From Rhodococcus sp. KRD197 (lineage in GTDB: Bacteria; Actinomycetota; Actinomycetes; Mycobacteriales; Mycobacteriaceae): a stretch of DNA of 32,000 bases. The position numbers and the translations under genes are program-made. The first letter of the stretch is position 1. Each line of letters opens with the position of its first letter. Shown one piece after another: positions 1 to 8,566 of the stretch. The stretch is taken from NCBI RefSeq assembly GCF_050320385.1, contig NZ_CP190355.1. The stretch is one strand, 5' to 3'. The notes beneath the pieces were generated by a model. It was given only the letters and a program-made list of their open reading frames with translations. It did not search any database and was not told the DNA's origin.

Positions 1-62
1 CCTCGGTCGAGGCCATCGACGAGTTCAACACCGAGGTTGCCCGGCTTCGCGGCTTGGGCTGA
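1..62 (+). CDS. 3' end of an unidentified upstream ORF (partial, runs off the window start)
   Basis: Frame 3 reads ...SVEAIDEFNTEVARLRGLG followed by TGA at 60-62. It is too short to assign a family. Confidence 0.3.
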   Translation, partial: SVEAIDEFNTEVARLRGLG

Positions 63-69
63 GGCCGCA

Positions 70-954
70 TCAGCTGAAGACGACGGTCTTGCTTCCGTGT
101 ACGAGGACTCGGTCTTCGAGGTGCCAGCGCAACCCGCGTGAGAGCACCAGCTTTTCGATGTCGCGCCCCTGACGGACCATGTCGGCGACCTCGTCGGCGT
201 GATCGACACGAATGACGTCCTGCTCGATGATGGGCCCGGCGTCCAGTTCGGCCGTGACGTAGTGGCACGTTGCGCCGATGAGTTTGACGCCGCGTGCGAA
301 CGCCTGGTGGTAGGGCCGCGCACCGACGAACGACGGCAGGAAGCTGTGGTGGATGTTCAGTGCGCGCCCGGACCAGTGTTTGCACAGCTCCTCGGGGAGG
401 ACCTGCATGAACCGTGCGAGGACAACCGCGTGCGGGTCGTAGGAATCGACGAGGGAGCGTACTTCGTCGAATGCCGGTCCGCGTTCGGCCGGATCCTTCG
501 CGAATTCGACGTGGTGGAACTGGATTCCGTGCGCGGAGGCAACGGGTTCGAGCGACTTGTGGTTACCGATCACCGCCGAGATCTCCGCGGGCAGCTCCCC
601 GCCTGCAGCCCGTCCCAGCAGGTCGTGGAGGCAGTGGGCCTCCTTGCTGACGAGCACCACCACACGCTTCTTCTCCCCTGAATCGTGCAGTGACCACTCG
701 GTTTCCGGGCCGATGTCCGCGGCGACGGGCTCGAACCTCGAACGCAACTCGTCGATGCTCATGCCCACGGATGAGGCGCGCACCGCTTGGCGGGTGAAGA
801 ACCAACCTGTGTCCGGGTCGGCGTGGTACGCCGCTTCGACGATCCAGCCACCGATATCGGCCAGAAATGTCGAGATCCTGGCCACGATGCCGGTGCGGTC
901 GGGGCATCCCAGGGACAGAACGTAGCGGTGGTCGTCGGCGATACCTGAACTCAT
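70..954 (-). CDS. purU: Formyltetrahydrofolate deformylase
   Basis: An N-terminal ACT-like segment (YVLSLGCPDRTGIVARISTFLA) is followed by a formyltransferase core (VVLVSKEAHCLHDLL, NIHHSFLPSF, GATCHYVT). The start is placed at ATG 954 (MSSGIADD...); the ORF-track start at 1023 looks like an upstream extension. Confidence 0.9.
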   Translation of the reverse strand: MSSGIADDHRYVLSLGCPDRTGIVARISTFLADIGGWIVEAAYHADPDTGWFFTRQAVRASSVGMSIDELRSRFEPVAADIGPETEWSLHDSGEKKRVVVLVSKEAHCLHDLLGRAAGGELPAEISAVIGNHKSLEPVASAHGIQFHHVEFAKDPAERGPAFDEVRSLVDSYDPHAVVLARFMQVLPEELCKHWSGRALNIHHSFLPSFVGARPYHQAFARGVKLIGATCHYVTAELDAGPIIEQDVIRVDHADEVADMVRQGRDIEKLVLSRGLRWHLEDRVLVHGSKTVVFS

Positions 955-967
955 GACGCCGATTCTC

Positions 968-1822
968 TCAGGACGCCCGGTCGCCTGTTGCGACCAGTGT
1001 CGTGGCGTCGACGAAATCCACACCGCGGGCGGTCAGCAGTTCGAGGAACCGGACTCGGATCGACTCTCGGGTGGCGTCGTCGTACCCGCTGAGCCCGCCG
1101 CGGAAACCGCTGCCCAGGATGAGATTCCAGGCGAAGTCCGCGGTGACGGGAATGAAATTGGACAGCTCGCTCACCTGTACCGAGGTGCACCCGGCGTGCT
1201 CGAGCCAGGTGCTCAGCCTGGCGGGTGTCTCCACGCGCCTGATGGGATGGCGCTGGTAGTCGTCCGCGGAGAGCGGGCCGTGATGAGCATGACTTTCCGG
1301 ACTGCGTGCGGATGCGAACTCTTCGACGACCTCGAAGAATGCCCGCCCGAACTCTTCGAGTGCGCCCTTGCGCCACACTGTCACCCCGACTCGGCCACCG
1401 GGCCGAACCAGGCCCACCAGGCGTGCGAAGTCCGCTTCCATATCGGGGAGGAAGAAAATGCCGTACGAGCAGGCCAACGCGTCGTACCCTTCGCCAATGG
1501 CGCCCGGCGCCTCCCATTCCGTTGCGTCGGCGCACACGAAGTCGATGTTGCGTAGCGCGGACGCCGCCGCCTTCGCGCGGCCCAGCTCGAGGAGATCGTC
1601 GGCGAGATCGATTGCATGCACGACGCCGCTGGGCCCGACGGCCCGCCCCGCAGGTAGCGCCGACGCACCCGACCCGGCACAGGCGTCGAGCACCGATTGC
1701 CCTGTGGTGAGACCCAGCGCGAATGTCAGGGCCTGCCCAGCAGGGCCCCACACGACTGGAGTGACAGCGTCGAAATACTCGCTCGTGGACTGGAATGTCT
1801 CGGCGATACGGGAATCGGACAT
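968..1822 (-). CDS. Class I SAM-dependent methyltransferase
   Basis: Motif I VLDACAGSGAS and post-I HAIDLADD are present. It lies 13 bp upstream of purU on the same strand. The start is taken at ATG 1822 (MSDSRIAETF). Confidence 0.75.
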   Translation of the reverse strand: MSDSRIAETFQSTSEYFDAVTPVVWGPAGQALTFALGLTTGQSVLDACAGSGASALPAGRAVGPSGVVHAIDLADDLLELGRAKAAASALRNIDFVCADATEWEAPGAIGEGYDALACSYGIFFLPDMEADFARLVGLVRPGGRVGVTVWRKGALEEFGRAFFEVVEEFASARSPESHAHHGPLSADDYQRHPIRRVETPARLSTWLEHAGCTSVQVSELSNFIPVTADFAWNLILGSGFRGGLSGYDDATRESIRVRFLELLTARGVDFVDATTLVATGDRAS

Positions 1823-1866
1823 AACCGCAGAGCTTAGCCGCGGCAGGCCTGTGATTGGGTGGTCAC

Positions 1867-2529
1867 ATGTCACTCACACGGGGCGCCCTGGCCCGCATGG
1901 TCGATCACACACTCCTCAAGCCGGAAGCGACACCGCAGGACGTCACCGCGCTCATCGAGGAGGGACTCGCTCTCGGTGTCCTCGCGGTCTGCGTCTCGCC
2001 GTCGATGTTGCCGGTGCGGGCCGGCGGACTCGTCGTCGCAGCGGTGGCGGGATTCCCGTCGGGCAAACATCATTCGCTTGTCAAGGGTGCCGAAGCGAGA
2101 CTTGCAGTGGATCAGGGAGCCAACGAGGTCGACATGGTGATAGACGTCGGAGCTGCGGTCGCCGGTGACTACAACGCCGTGCTGTCCGACATCCTCACCG
2201 TGCGTGAGGCGATGGGCCCGACCGCCGTTCTGAAGGTCATCATCGAGTCGGCTGCGCTGACCGACGAGGCGATCGTCGAAACGTGTCTGGCCGCGGAGAA
2301 GGCGGGCGCCGACTTCGTCAAGACGTCTACGGGCTTCCACCCGGCGGGCGGGGCGAGCGTCGAGGCGGTCCGGCTCATGGCCGACACAGTCGGTGGCAGG
2401 CTCGGGGTCAAGGCCAGCGGCGGCATCCGCACCACGGATGCCGCCCTGGCGATGATCGAGGCGGGTGCTACCCGGTTGGGGCTGTCCGGCAGCCGAGCTG
2501 TGCTCGCGGGAGTGGAGCCTGCGGAATGA
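1867..2529 (+). CDS. deoC: Deoxyribose-phosphate aldolase
   Basis: The class I aldolase signatures [19 protein letters not shown] and VKASGGIR are present. The start is chosen at ATG 1867 (MSLTRG). Confidence 0.9.
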   Translation: MSLTRGALARMVDHTLLKPEATPQDVTALIEEGLALGVLAVCVSPSMLPVRAGGLVVAAVAGFPSGKHHSLVKGAEARLAVDQGANEVDMVIDVGAAVAGDYNAVLSDILTVREAMGPTAVLKVIIESAALTDEAIVETCLAAEKAGADFVKTSTGFHPAGGASVEAVRLMADTVGGRLGVKASGGIRTTDAALAMIEAGATRLGLSGSRAVLAGVEPAE

Positions 2530-2562
2530 CCCATTTCCAAGGGCTATCGGGCTAGATTTCGC

Positions 2563-3297
2563 TCAGGCGAGCAGACCGCAGCCCTCGGGTGCCTCCACCG
2601 TCTGATCGGCTTGTCGCGGCGGAATCACGTACGCGCCGCCTTCGAGTTGCAGCTCGATTCCGGTGTCGGTGACCGTGAGGGATGTCGGTGTCATGTCGAG
2701 TGGATACTGCTGCAGGCTGTCGGACAGGATTCCGACGATGCTGTCGACGAGGTCCGTCGGGATGCCGAGGCCGAGGATCGATGCATCGACTGTCCGGACG
2801 TCGACGCGATCTCCGGCGACCGTCGGTTCGACGGTGAGCTGCGCGAGGCCGCCGATCGCGAAGGAGAGCGTCCCCGTGGATGCGTCGGAGGTGACGTCGG
2901 AGACGAGGCCGCCGATGCCCTGTGATTGCAGCGTTGCCGCGATTCCTTCGGTGGACCACGCGATGTCGGCGTTCGAGCTGCCGATGGTGCCGCCGGACTC
3001 TGCCGATTGCTCGAGATCGACGTCCTCGACCTCCGCGCTGACCGTCATGTCGACGGCGGGGCCGAACCGCGCGTCGTTGCTGTCGAGGGTGACCGAGGAG
3101 ACCTGCTTGTCGACGAGGGAGATCAGGATCGGCTTCCAGCCCAATCCGACCTCGACTTCGCTGCCCAGTTCGTTCTCGAGTTGGCCGGCGAGGCAGGACT
3201 TGATCTGTTGACGGACATAGAGTTCTCCGCCCAGCAGTGCGGCGACGAGGACGAGAACCACCAGAACCGCGATCATGGGAGCTTTGCGACGAGTCAT
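2563..3297 (-). CDS. DUF2993 / LmeA-family-like membrane-anchored protein
   Basis: Only the C-terminal 244 codons of the 592-aa track ORF look coding. They give MTRRKAPMIAVLVVLVLVAALLGG (signal anchor) followed by a beta-rich Ser/Thr/Asp/Val body typical of DUF2993. The family name is from memory. Confidence 0.6.
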   Translation of the reverse strand: MTRRKAPMIAVLVVLVLVAALLGGELYVRQQIKSCLAGQLENELGSEVEVGLGWKPILISLVDKQVSSVTLDSNDARFGPAVDMTVSAEVEDVDLEQSAESGGTIGSSNADIAWSTEGIAATLQSQGIGGLVSDVTSDASTGTLSFAIGGLAQLTVEPTVAGDRVDVRTVDASILGLGIPTDLVDSIVGILSDSLQQYPLDMTPTSLTVTDTGIELQLEGGAYVIPPRQADQTVEAPEGCGLLA

Positions 3298-3381
3298 TCG
3301 TGGCAGTCTTCCCGATAAGTCTGAAAGAGCTCTGTGAATCTCGAATCGTCGGAGCGTCGCCGCCGAAACGACCTGCCAATT

Positions 3382-3404
3382 ATTGTGATGTGTAACACAT
3401 TGTG
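3382..3404. promoter_or_regulatory. AT-rich palindrome and direct repeat upstream of the AbiEi-like gene (candidate operator)
   Basis: The sequence is ATTGTG-ATGTGT-A-ACACAT-TGTG. ATGTGTAACACAT (3388-3400) is a 6-1-6 perfect palindrome, and ATTGTG occurs at 3382-3387 and 3399-3404. It lies 17-39 nt upstream of ATG 3421, in the 123-bp divergent gap. Confidence 0.4.
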
Positions 3405-3420
3405 TCGTATTCTGGTCTGC

Positions 3421-4005
3421 ATGAGTTCGACACGGTCGACCGAGCAGTTGCACCGGCTGGCGACGAGCCAGGACGGCTACTTCACCACCGAACAGGCGGG
3501 GGAATTGGGCTTCGATCAGGCTGGTGTGCACGCCAGTCTGCTCGCGGGTGATTGGACCCGGGTGGAGCGCAATCTGTATCGCCTCGCCGGGTGGCCGCAC
3601 AACGACCTCGAGAAGTTCGCGATGTGGTGTGCGTGGTTCGGCGGTGAGGCTGTGATTTCGCACCAGAGTGCGGCCGAACTCCATGGGTTCGGACATCTGC
3701 ACCCGCAGTTCGTGCACGTGTCCGCCCACACGAATCTGCGCCTGACCGATACGCGACTGGCAGTGCATCGATTGCAGCTCAGTGCGCGCGACGTGGAGTC
3801 GACGGGGACCTTTCGAATCACAACTCCGGTTCGAACGGTCCTCGATCTTGCCGCCGGGGGAATTTCGCAGGTGACCCTCGACGAGGTGGTCGGTGACGCC
3901 GTCGCCATCGGGCGGGCCGACGCCGGGCTGCTCTACACCGAGGCGGTGAGCTGCCCCGAACGTGTCGCGGAACGGGTGGAGCTGGCTCTGTCTGCCTGTA
4001 CCTAG
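3421..4005 (+). CDS. AbiEi_4-type (type IV TA antitoxin-like) wHTH transcriptional regulator, with no adjacent AbiEii partner
   Basis: The pattern QDGYFTTEQAGELGF...LLAGDWTRVERNLYRL...VISHQSAAELHGFG...TTPVRTVLDLA matches the AbiEi N-terminal domain layout as I recall it. The start is at ATG 3421. Confidence 0.6.
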   Translation: MSSTRSTEQLHRLATSQDGYFTTEQAGELGFDQAGVHASLLAGDWTRVERNLYRLAGWPHNDLEKFAMWCAWFGGEAVISHQSAAELHGFGHLHPQFVHVSAHTNLRLTDTRLAVHRLQLSARDVESTGTFRITTPVRTVLDLAAGGISQVTLDEVVGDAVAIGRADAGLLYTEAVSCPERVAERVELALSACT

Positions 4006-4799
4006 CGCTCGGTGCGAGGTTGCACGACCGACCAGGGAACGGTGAGGACGTTGTCGCGTTGGGTTCGGCGCGGCACCACCGCGGGGGTACCGGTCGCCGC
4101 CAGCTGCTTCAGTGCGGCCCGCCATCGCAGTCGGGGGCCGAACGGTGCCAGCGGCGCAGCGTTGGACCAAGCGCGGTCCGCGGACTGCAGCAGAGCGTGA
4201 ATGTTCTCGCCCGGGACGTTGCGGTGGATGAGTGCCTTGGGGAGGCGCTCCGCGATGTCCGACGGGGTATGCACGGTGAACGGGTCCCATGCCAGCGTCA
4301 GTGAGATCGGCCCGGAGGCGTCGAGCAGAATCCACGCGCACCGACGCCCGAGCTCGTCGCAGGTGCCGTCGACCAGCAGCCCGCCGGGGGCCAGCCCGGA
4401 AAGGATGCGCGACCAGGCGTCGGGGACTGCATCCTCGGGGTACTGCCGCAGGACGTTGAACGCGCGGACGAGATTCGGGCGCAGGCCGGCAAGTTCGAAA
4501 CCGCCGCGGGCGAAAGTGACGTTCTCGGTGGACGGGACCACCCGTGCCGGATCGATCTCGAGGCCCGTGACACGCAGGTCCGGCCGGATCGTCCTGAGCC
4601 TGCGCGCCAGTTCCAGGGTGGTGTCGGGCCGGGCCCCGTAGCCGAGATCGACGACGTGGGGATCGTCGGCACGTGCGAGGGCCTGCCGAATCTGCGGGCT
4701 GTGCACGAGCCAGCGATCGCTGCGTCGCAGCCTGTTGATACCGGTGGTCCCGCGAGTGATAGTGCCGACCGGTCGCGAAAAGTCAGGCGTTCTTTTCAA
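4002..4799 (-). CDS. Class I SAM-dependent methyltransferase
   Basis: Motif I VVDLGYGARP, a downstream TGLEID and a GGLLVDGTCDE segment are present. The only upstream start is TTG 4799, so the start is uncertain. The stop overlaps the AbiEi-like stop within CTAG 4002-4005. Confidence 0.65.
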   Translation of the reverse strand: MKRTPDFSRPVGTITRGTTGINRLRRSDRWLVHSPQIRQALARADDPHVVDLGYGARPDTTLELARRLRTIRPDLRVTGLEIDPARVVPSTENVTFARGGFELAGLRPNLVRAFNVLRQYPEDAVPDAWSRILSGLAPGGLLVDGTCDELGRRCAWILLDASGPISLTLAWDPFTVHTPSDIAERLPKALIHRNVPGENIHALLQSADRAWSNAAPLAPFGPRLRWRAALKQLAATGTPAVVPRRTQRDNVLTVPWSVVQPRTER

Positions 4800-5286
4800 G
4801 CCAATCAGCCGTCACTTCACCCTCGCCGCGCCAGAGGTCCCGAAGGTTGACGAGCATGAGCTGTTCGAGTTTTCCACCGATGAAGGGGAGAAACACCTTC
4901 GCCTCGGAGGAGGTGCGCAGCGTCGACCCGGTCGCGGTGGGGAAAAGCGAGGTGACGCCCTTGAGGCTGCCGGGCCCGGCAGGGATGGAGGCGTCGTAAT
5001 GCCCGGTCGTTTCCTCGGAGTACGAGTCGATGTGGACGTTGCGAGTGATGATCATGTCCTTCTTCATCACCGTCTGCGCGATGTCCGGCAGTTCGGTCTT
5101 GGGAATGATGTGGTGCATCACGACGTCGATTCCCGACTCACCGACCTCGAAGCTGATGAGCTCGTTGTGGGAGTACTTCTTCATCTCCTCGATGCGAGCG
5201 TCCCAGTGATCGCGGCTGGACAACGCGGCGTACACCTGTTCGGTCGAGTAGGTGAACCGGGCTGAGTAGTTCATTCGGCGCGCCAT
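4783..5286 (-). CDS. DUF2505 (SRPBCC-like) protein, Rv0481c-like, copy 1
   Basis: 167 aa, running from ATG 5286 to the C-terminal motif IGGKLEQLMLVNLRDLWRGEGEVTADWL. It is a paralogue of the adjacent gene. Confidence 0.65.
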   Translation of the reverse strand: MARRMNYSARFTYSTEQVYAALSSRDHWDARIEEMKKYSHNELISFEVGESGIDVVMHHIIPKTELPDIAQTVMKKDMIITRNVHIDSYSEETTGHYDASIPAGPGSLKGVTSLFPTATGSTLRTSSEAKVFLPFIGGKLEQLMLVNLRDLWRGEGEVTADWLEKNA

Positions 5287-5301
5287 AGTGAGCCAGGTTA
5301 C

Positions 5302-5808
5302 CTACCCGAGGTTCTTCGCAATCCAGTTGCCCGTGAAGTCGTGCTCGGAGTCGATGAGCTCGAGAACCTGCTCGCTGATCATGGCCTCGATCTTCCCACC
5401 GAAAATGGGCACCTTGACCTCGGTGGTGCCGGAGAGCGACATCGTCGCCGACGCCTCGTTGCCCACGAGCAGGGTGGTGCCGAAGATGACAGCAGGCGCA
5501 CCCTCGACCGTTGCGCCGAACTTGCCTTCCGCGCGATTGCCGCCGAGCGGACCCCAGGACTCGGTGCGCTCGATGACCAGCGGACCCTTCTTGAACGCGG
5601 TGACCGCGGCGGGCAGTTCTTCTTCCGGGACCGATTGCGACATGACGATGCTGATGGTCCCGTTGAGCGCGGTCACGCTGAGCAGTTTGGCGTCCGGGCC
5701 GCCGATCTCGACGATGCGGTCTATCCAGTACTGCTCGGACACGAGCGCGGCGTGCACCTTGTGGACGGGTGCGGGAACGGGCGCGCTGTGCGCGATGGGA
5801 CGAGGCAT
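5302..5808 (-). CDS. DUF2505 (SRPBCC-like) protein, copy 2
   Basis: The start is taken at ATG 5808 (MPRPIAHSAP). The C-terminal FGGKIEAMISEQVLELIDSEHDFTGNWI parallels copy 1. Confidence 0.65.
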   Translation of the reverse strand: MPRPIAHSAPVPAPVHKVHAALVSEQYWIDRIVEIGGPDAKLLSVTALNGTISIVMSQSVPEEELPAAVTAFKKGPLVIERTESWGPLGGNRAEGKFGATVEGAPAVIFGTTLLVGNEASATMSLSGTTEVKVPIFGGKIEAMISEQVLELIDSEHDFTGNWIAKNLG

Positions 5809-5864
5809 ACGCGCAGGGTACCGGTGGCTCCGACCTACTCGGATCACCGGTAGGCTGGGCCCCC

Positions 5865-6881
5865 GTGCCCACCGCAATCTCCGAGCTCACCACGATGCGT
5901 GTAGGCGGCCCGGCCCGCGAGTTCGCCGTCGCGAAAACGTCCGACGAGTTGGTATCGCTCGTCCGCGCCGCCGACGCAGCGCACACGCCTGTGCTGTTGA
6001 TCGGAGGCGGTTCCAATCTGGTCGTCGCCGACACCGGTTTCGACGGCCTGGTGATCAAGGTGGAGACCTCTGGCACACGGATCGACGGTGATTCGATGTG
6101 GGTGGCCGCCGGCGAACCGTGGGATCCCGTGGTCGCTGCCTCCCTCGACGAGGGGCTCGCCGGTCTCGAAGCGCTCTCCGGCATCCCCGGTCTGACCGGA
6201 GCGACGCCGGTGCAGAACGTCGGCGCCTACGGGACCGTCACCTCCGATGTGCTGCGTGAGCTCACCGTGTACGACCGTGAGAGCGGCCGCATCGAGGTGT
6301 GGGGGCCCGATCGATGTGGGTTCGGGCTGCATCGGCAGTCGGTGTTCAAGCATTCGATGCGCTACGTCATTCTCGACACGACGATGGCACTGCGCCGCTC
6401 GACGGTTTCGGACCCCGTTCGGTACGCGGGTCTGGCGGATCGCCTGGGGGTGACCATCGGGGACACCGTGCCGGCGAAAGATGTTCGCGAGGCAGTTCTC
6501 GACCTGCGTGGACAGAAGGGCATGGTCCTCGACCCGGCCGATCACGACACCTGGAGCGTCGGGTCGTTCTTTCTCAACCCGGTTCTCGCCGAGGTTCCGG
6601 AGAAGGCATCGCGAGCTCCGCAGTATCCGGACCCGTCGGGCATCAAGATCCACGCGGCCTGGCTCATCCAGAACGCCGGTTTCGCGCACGGTTTCGGAAC
6701 CGAGTTCGGCAACGGCACGGTTGCGCTGTCGACCAAGCACGTGCTGGCCGTCACCAATCGGGGCGGAGCGAGCACGGCCGACGTCATGGCCCTGGCCTCG
6801 CACATCCGCGACGGTGTGCAGGCCGAGTTCGGAATCACCTTGGTTCCGGAATGCGATTTGGTCGGCTGCTCGCTGACCTGA
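5865..6881 (+). CDS. murB: UDP-N-acetylenolpyruvoylglucosamine reductase
   Basis: An FAD-binding segment (TTMRVGGPA, LLIGGGSNLVV) and SGIPGLTGATPVQNVGAYG are present. GTG 5865 is chosen so the start clears the divergent DUF2505 gene; the start is approximate. Confidence 0.9.
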   Translation: MPTAISELTTMRVGGPAREFAVAKTSDELVSLVRAADAAHTPVLLIGGGSNLVVADTGFDGLVIKVETSGTRIDGDSMWVAAGEPWDPVVAASLDEGLAGLEALSGIPGLTGATPVQNVGAYGTVTSDVLRELTVYDRESGRIEVWGPDRCGFGLHRQSVFKHSMRYVILDTTMALRRSTVSDPVRYAGLADRLGVTIGDTVPAKDVREAVLDLRGQKGMVLDPADHDTWSVGSFFLNPVLAEVPEKASRAPQYPDPSGIKIHAAWLIQNAGFAHGFGTEFGNGTVALSTKHVLAVTNRGGASTADVMALASHIRDGVQAEFGITLVPECDLVGCSLT

Positions 6882-6916
6882 GTCGGTCGGTGGGCCTACC
6901 ATCGAAATTTATGTAT

Positions 6917-6956
6917 GTGAGTGGAAGTACATACAGGGCTATGTAAAACCACTCAC
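6917..6956 (+). terminator. Composite hairpin downstream of murB (terminator or regulatory element)
   Basis: GTGAGTGG (6917-6924) pairs with CCACTCAC (6949-6956). Inner TACATA (6928-6933) pairs with TATGTA (6940-6945) around the loop CAGGGC. There is no clear T-tract. Confidence 0.45.
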
Positions 6957-6973
6957 AGATGAGGAGAAGTTCT

Positions 6974-8524
6974 GTGCAGGTAACAAGCGTCGGGCACGCT
7001 GGATTTCACATCGAGACCGCAGCGGGCAGCATTCTGTGCGACCCCTGGGTCAATCCGGCCTACTTCACCTCGTGGTTCCCGTTCCCCGACAACTCGCAGC
7101 TCGACTGGGACACCCTCGGCAACTGCGACTACCTGTACGTCTCGCACCTGCACAAAGATCATTTCGATCCGAAACACCTGGCCGAGTTCATCGACAAGGA
7201 CACGACAGTGCTGTTGCCGGATTACCCGGTCCCGGATTTGAAGCGCGAACTCGAAAAGCTCGGGTTTCACAAGTTCTTCGAAACGACCGACTCGGTCAAG
7301 CACCGCCTATCGGGGCCCAAGGGCGATCTCGACATCATGATCATCGCGCTGCGAGCGCCCGCCGACGGCCCCATCGGCGACTCCGGTCTGGTTGTCTCCG
7401 ACGGCAAGACCGTCGCCTTCAACATGAACGATGCGCGGCCGGTGGACCTGGACGTGCTCACCGAGCAGTTCGGTCACGTCGACGTGCACATGCTGCAGTA
7501 CTCGGGCGCTATCTGGTACCCGATGGTCTACGACATGGTCGAACGCGCGAAGAAGTCGTTCGGTGAGCAGAAGCGCCAGCGCGGGATGGACCGCGCACGG
7601 CAATACATCGATCAGATCGGTGCGACGTGGGTGATTCCGTCGGCCGGCCCGCCTTGCTTCCTCGACGACGAACTTCGGTTCCTCAACGACGTCTACGAGG
7701 ACCCGGCGAACATCTTCCCGGATCAGATGGTCTTCCTCGACCAGATGCGTCGCAACGGTAATGACCGTGGACTGCTGATGATGCCCGGCACCACGTCGAC
7801 CTTCGACGGTAGCGAGCTGCTCTCGCACGAGCATCCGCTGCCCGTCGCGGAGGTCGAGGCTATCTTCACCACCGGAAAAGCCGACTACATCGAGGCGTAC
7901 GCGCAGCGCCAAGCCGACGTGATCGCGGCCGAGAAGGCAGCCTGGGCCCCTGCCGAGGGTGAGCCGCTGCTCGAGCCGCTGCGGGAGCTGTTCGAGCCGA
8001 TCATGGCGCAGACCGATCAGATCTGCGACGGCATCGGCTATCCCGTCGCGCTGATGCTCGGCGCGGAGACCGTCGTGCTCGATTTCCCGAAGCGCATGGT
8101 GCGCGAACCCATCGCCAACGAACGGTTCCGATACAGCTTCACCATCGCCCCCGAACTGGTTCGCACCGTGGTGCGTGACGGAGAACCCGACTGGGTCAAC
8201 ACGATCTTCCTCTCGACGCGGTTCCGCGCTCGCCGTGTGGGCGGCTACAACGAGTTCCTCTACACGTTCTTCAAATGCTTGACCGACGAGCGCATCGCCT
8301 ACGCCGACGGTTGGTTCGCCGAGGCACACGACGACACCGCGACCATCGTCAAGGACGGCTGGGAGATTCAGCGTCGCTGCCCGCACCTGAAGGCGGACCT
8401 GTCGAAGTTCGGGATCATCGAGGGCAACAAACTCACCTGCAACCTCCACGGTTGGGATTGGAACCTCGACACCGGACGGTGCCTGACCTCCAAGGGGCAC
8501 GAACTGCGGTCGTCGAAGGTGTGA
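6974..8524 (+). CDS. MBL-fold metallo-hydrolase fused to a C-terminal Rieske [2Fe-2S] domain (uncharacterised)
   Basis: HLHKDH (HxHxDH) is encoded at 7145-7162. CPH-X17-CNLH (Rieske CxH...CxxH) is encoded at 8378-8449. GAGGAG at 6961-6966 precedes GTG 6974, and ATG 6959 is an alternative start. Confidence 0.8.
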   Translation: MQVTSVGHAGFHIETAAGSILCDPWVNPAYFTSWFPFPDNSQLDWDTLGNCDYLYVSHLHKDHFDPKHLAEFIDKDTTVLLPDYPVPDLKRELEKLGFHKFFETTDSVKHRLSGPKGDLDIMIIALRAPADGPIGDSGLVVSDGKTVAFNMNDARPVDLDVLTEQFGHVDVHMLQYSGAIWYPMVYDMVERAKKSFGEQKRQRGMDRARQYIDQIGATWVIPSAGPPCFLDDELRFLNDVYEDPANIFPDQMVFLDQMRRNGNDRGLLMMPGTTSTFDGSELLSHEHPLPVAEVEAIFTTGKADYIEAYAQRQADVIAAEKAAWAPAEGEPLLEPLRELFEPIMAQTDQICDGIGYPVALMLGAETVVLDFPKRMVREPIANERFRYSFTIAPELVRTVVRDGEPDWVNTIFLSTRFRARRVGGYNEFLYTFFKCLTDERIAYADGWFAEAHDDTATIVKDGWEIQRRCPHLKADLSKFGIIEGNKLTCNLHGWDWNLDTGRCLTSKGHELRSSKV

Positions 8525-8566
8525 GAAATGTTCTCGATTGAGGCTCACTGATTCTCCGCAGGTACC

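Noticed and set aside
3298-4341. N-terminal 348 codons of the 592-aa track ORF (2563-4341, minus strand)
   Set aside because: This portion is antisense to the AbiEi-like gene and the methyltransferase 3' end and is Arg/Pro/Gly-rich. A proper start (MTRRKAPM followed by a transmembrane helix) exists at 3297, giving a typical DUF2993-size protein.
5138-6902. 348-aa and 352-aa minus-strand ORFs across the DUF2505 and murB region
   Set aside because: They conflict with murB (plus strand, FAD-binding motifs) and are out of frame with the DUF2505 genes. They have an Arg/Gly-rich artefact composition.
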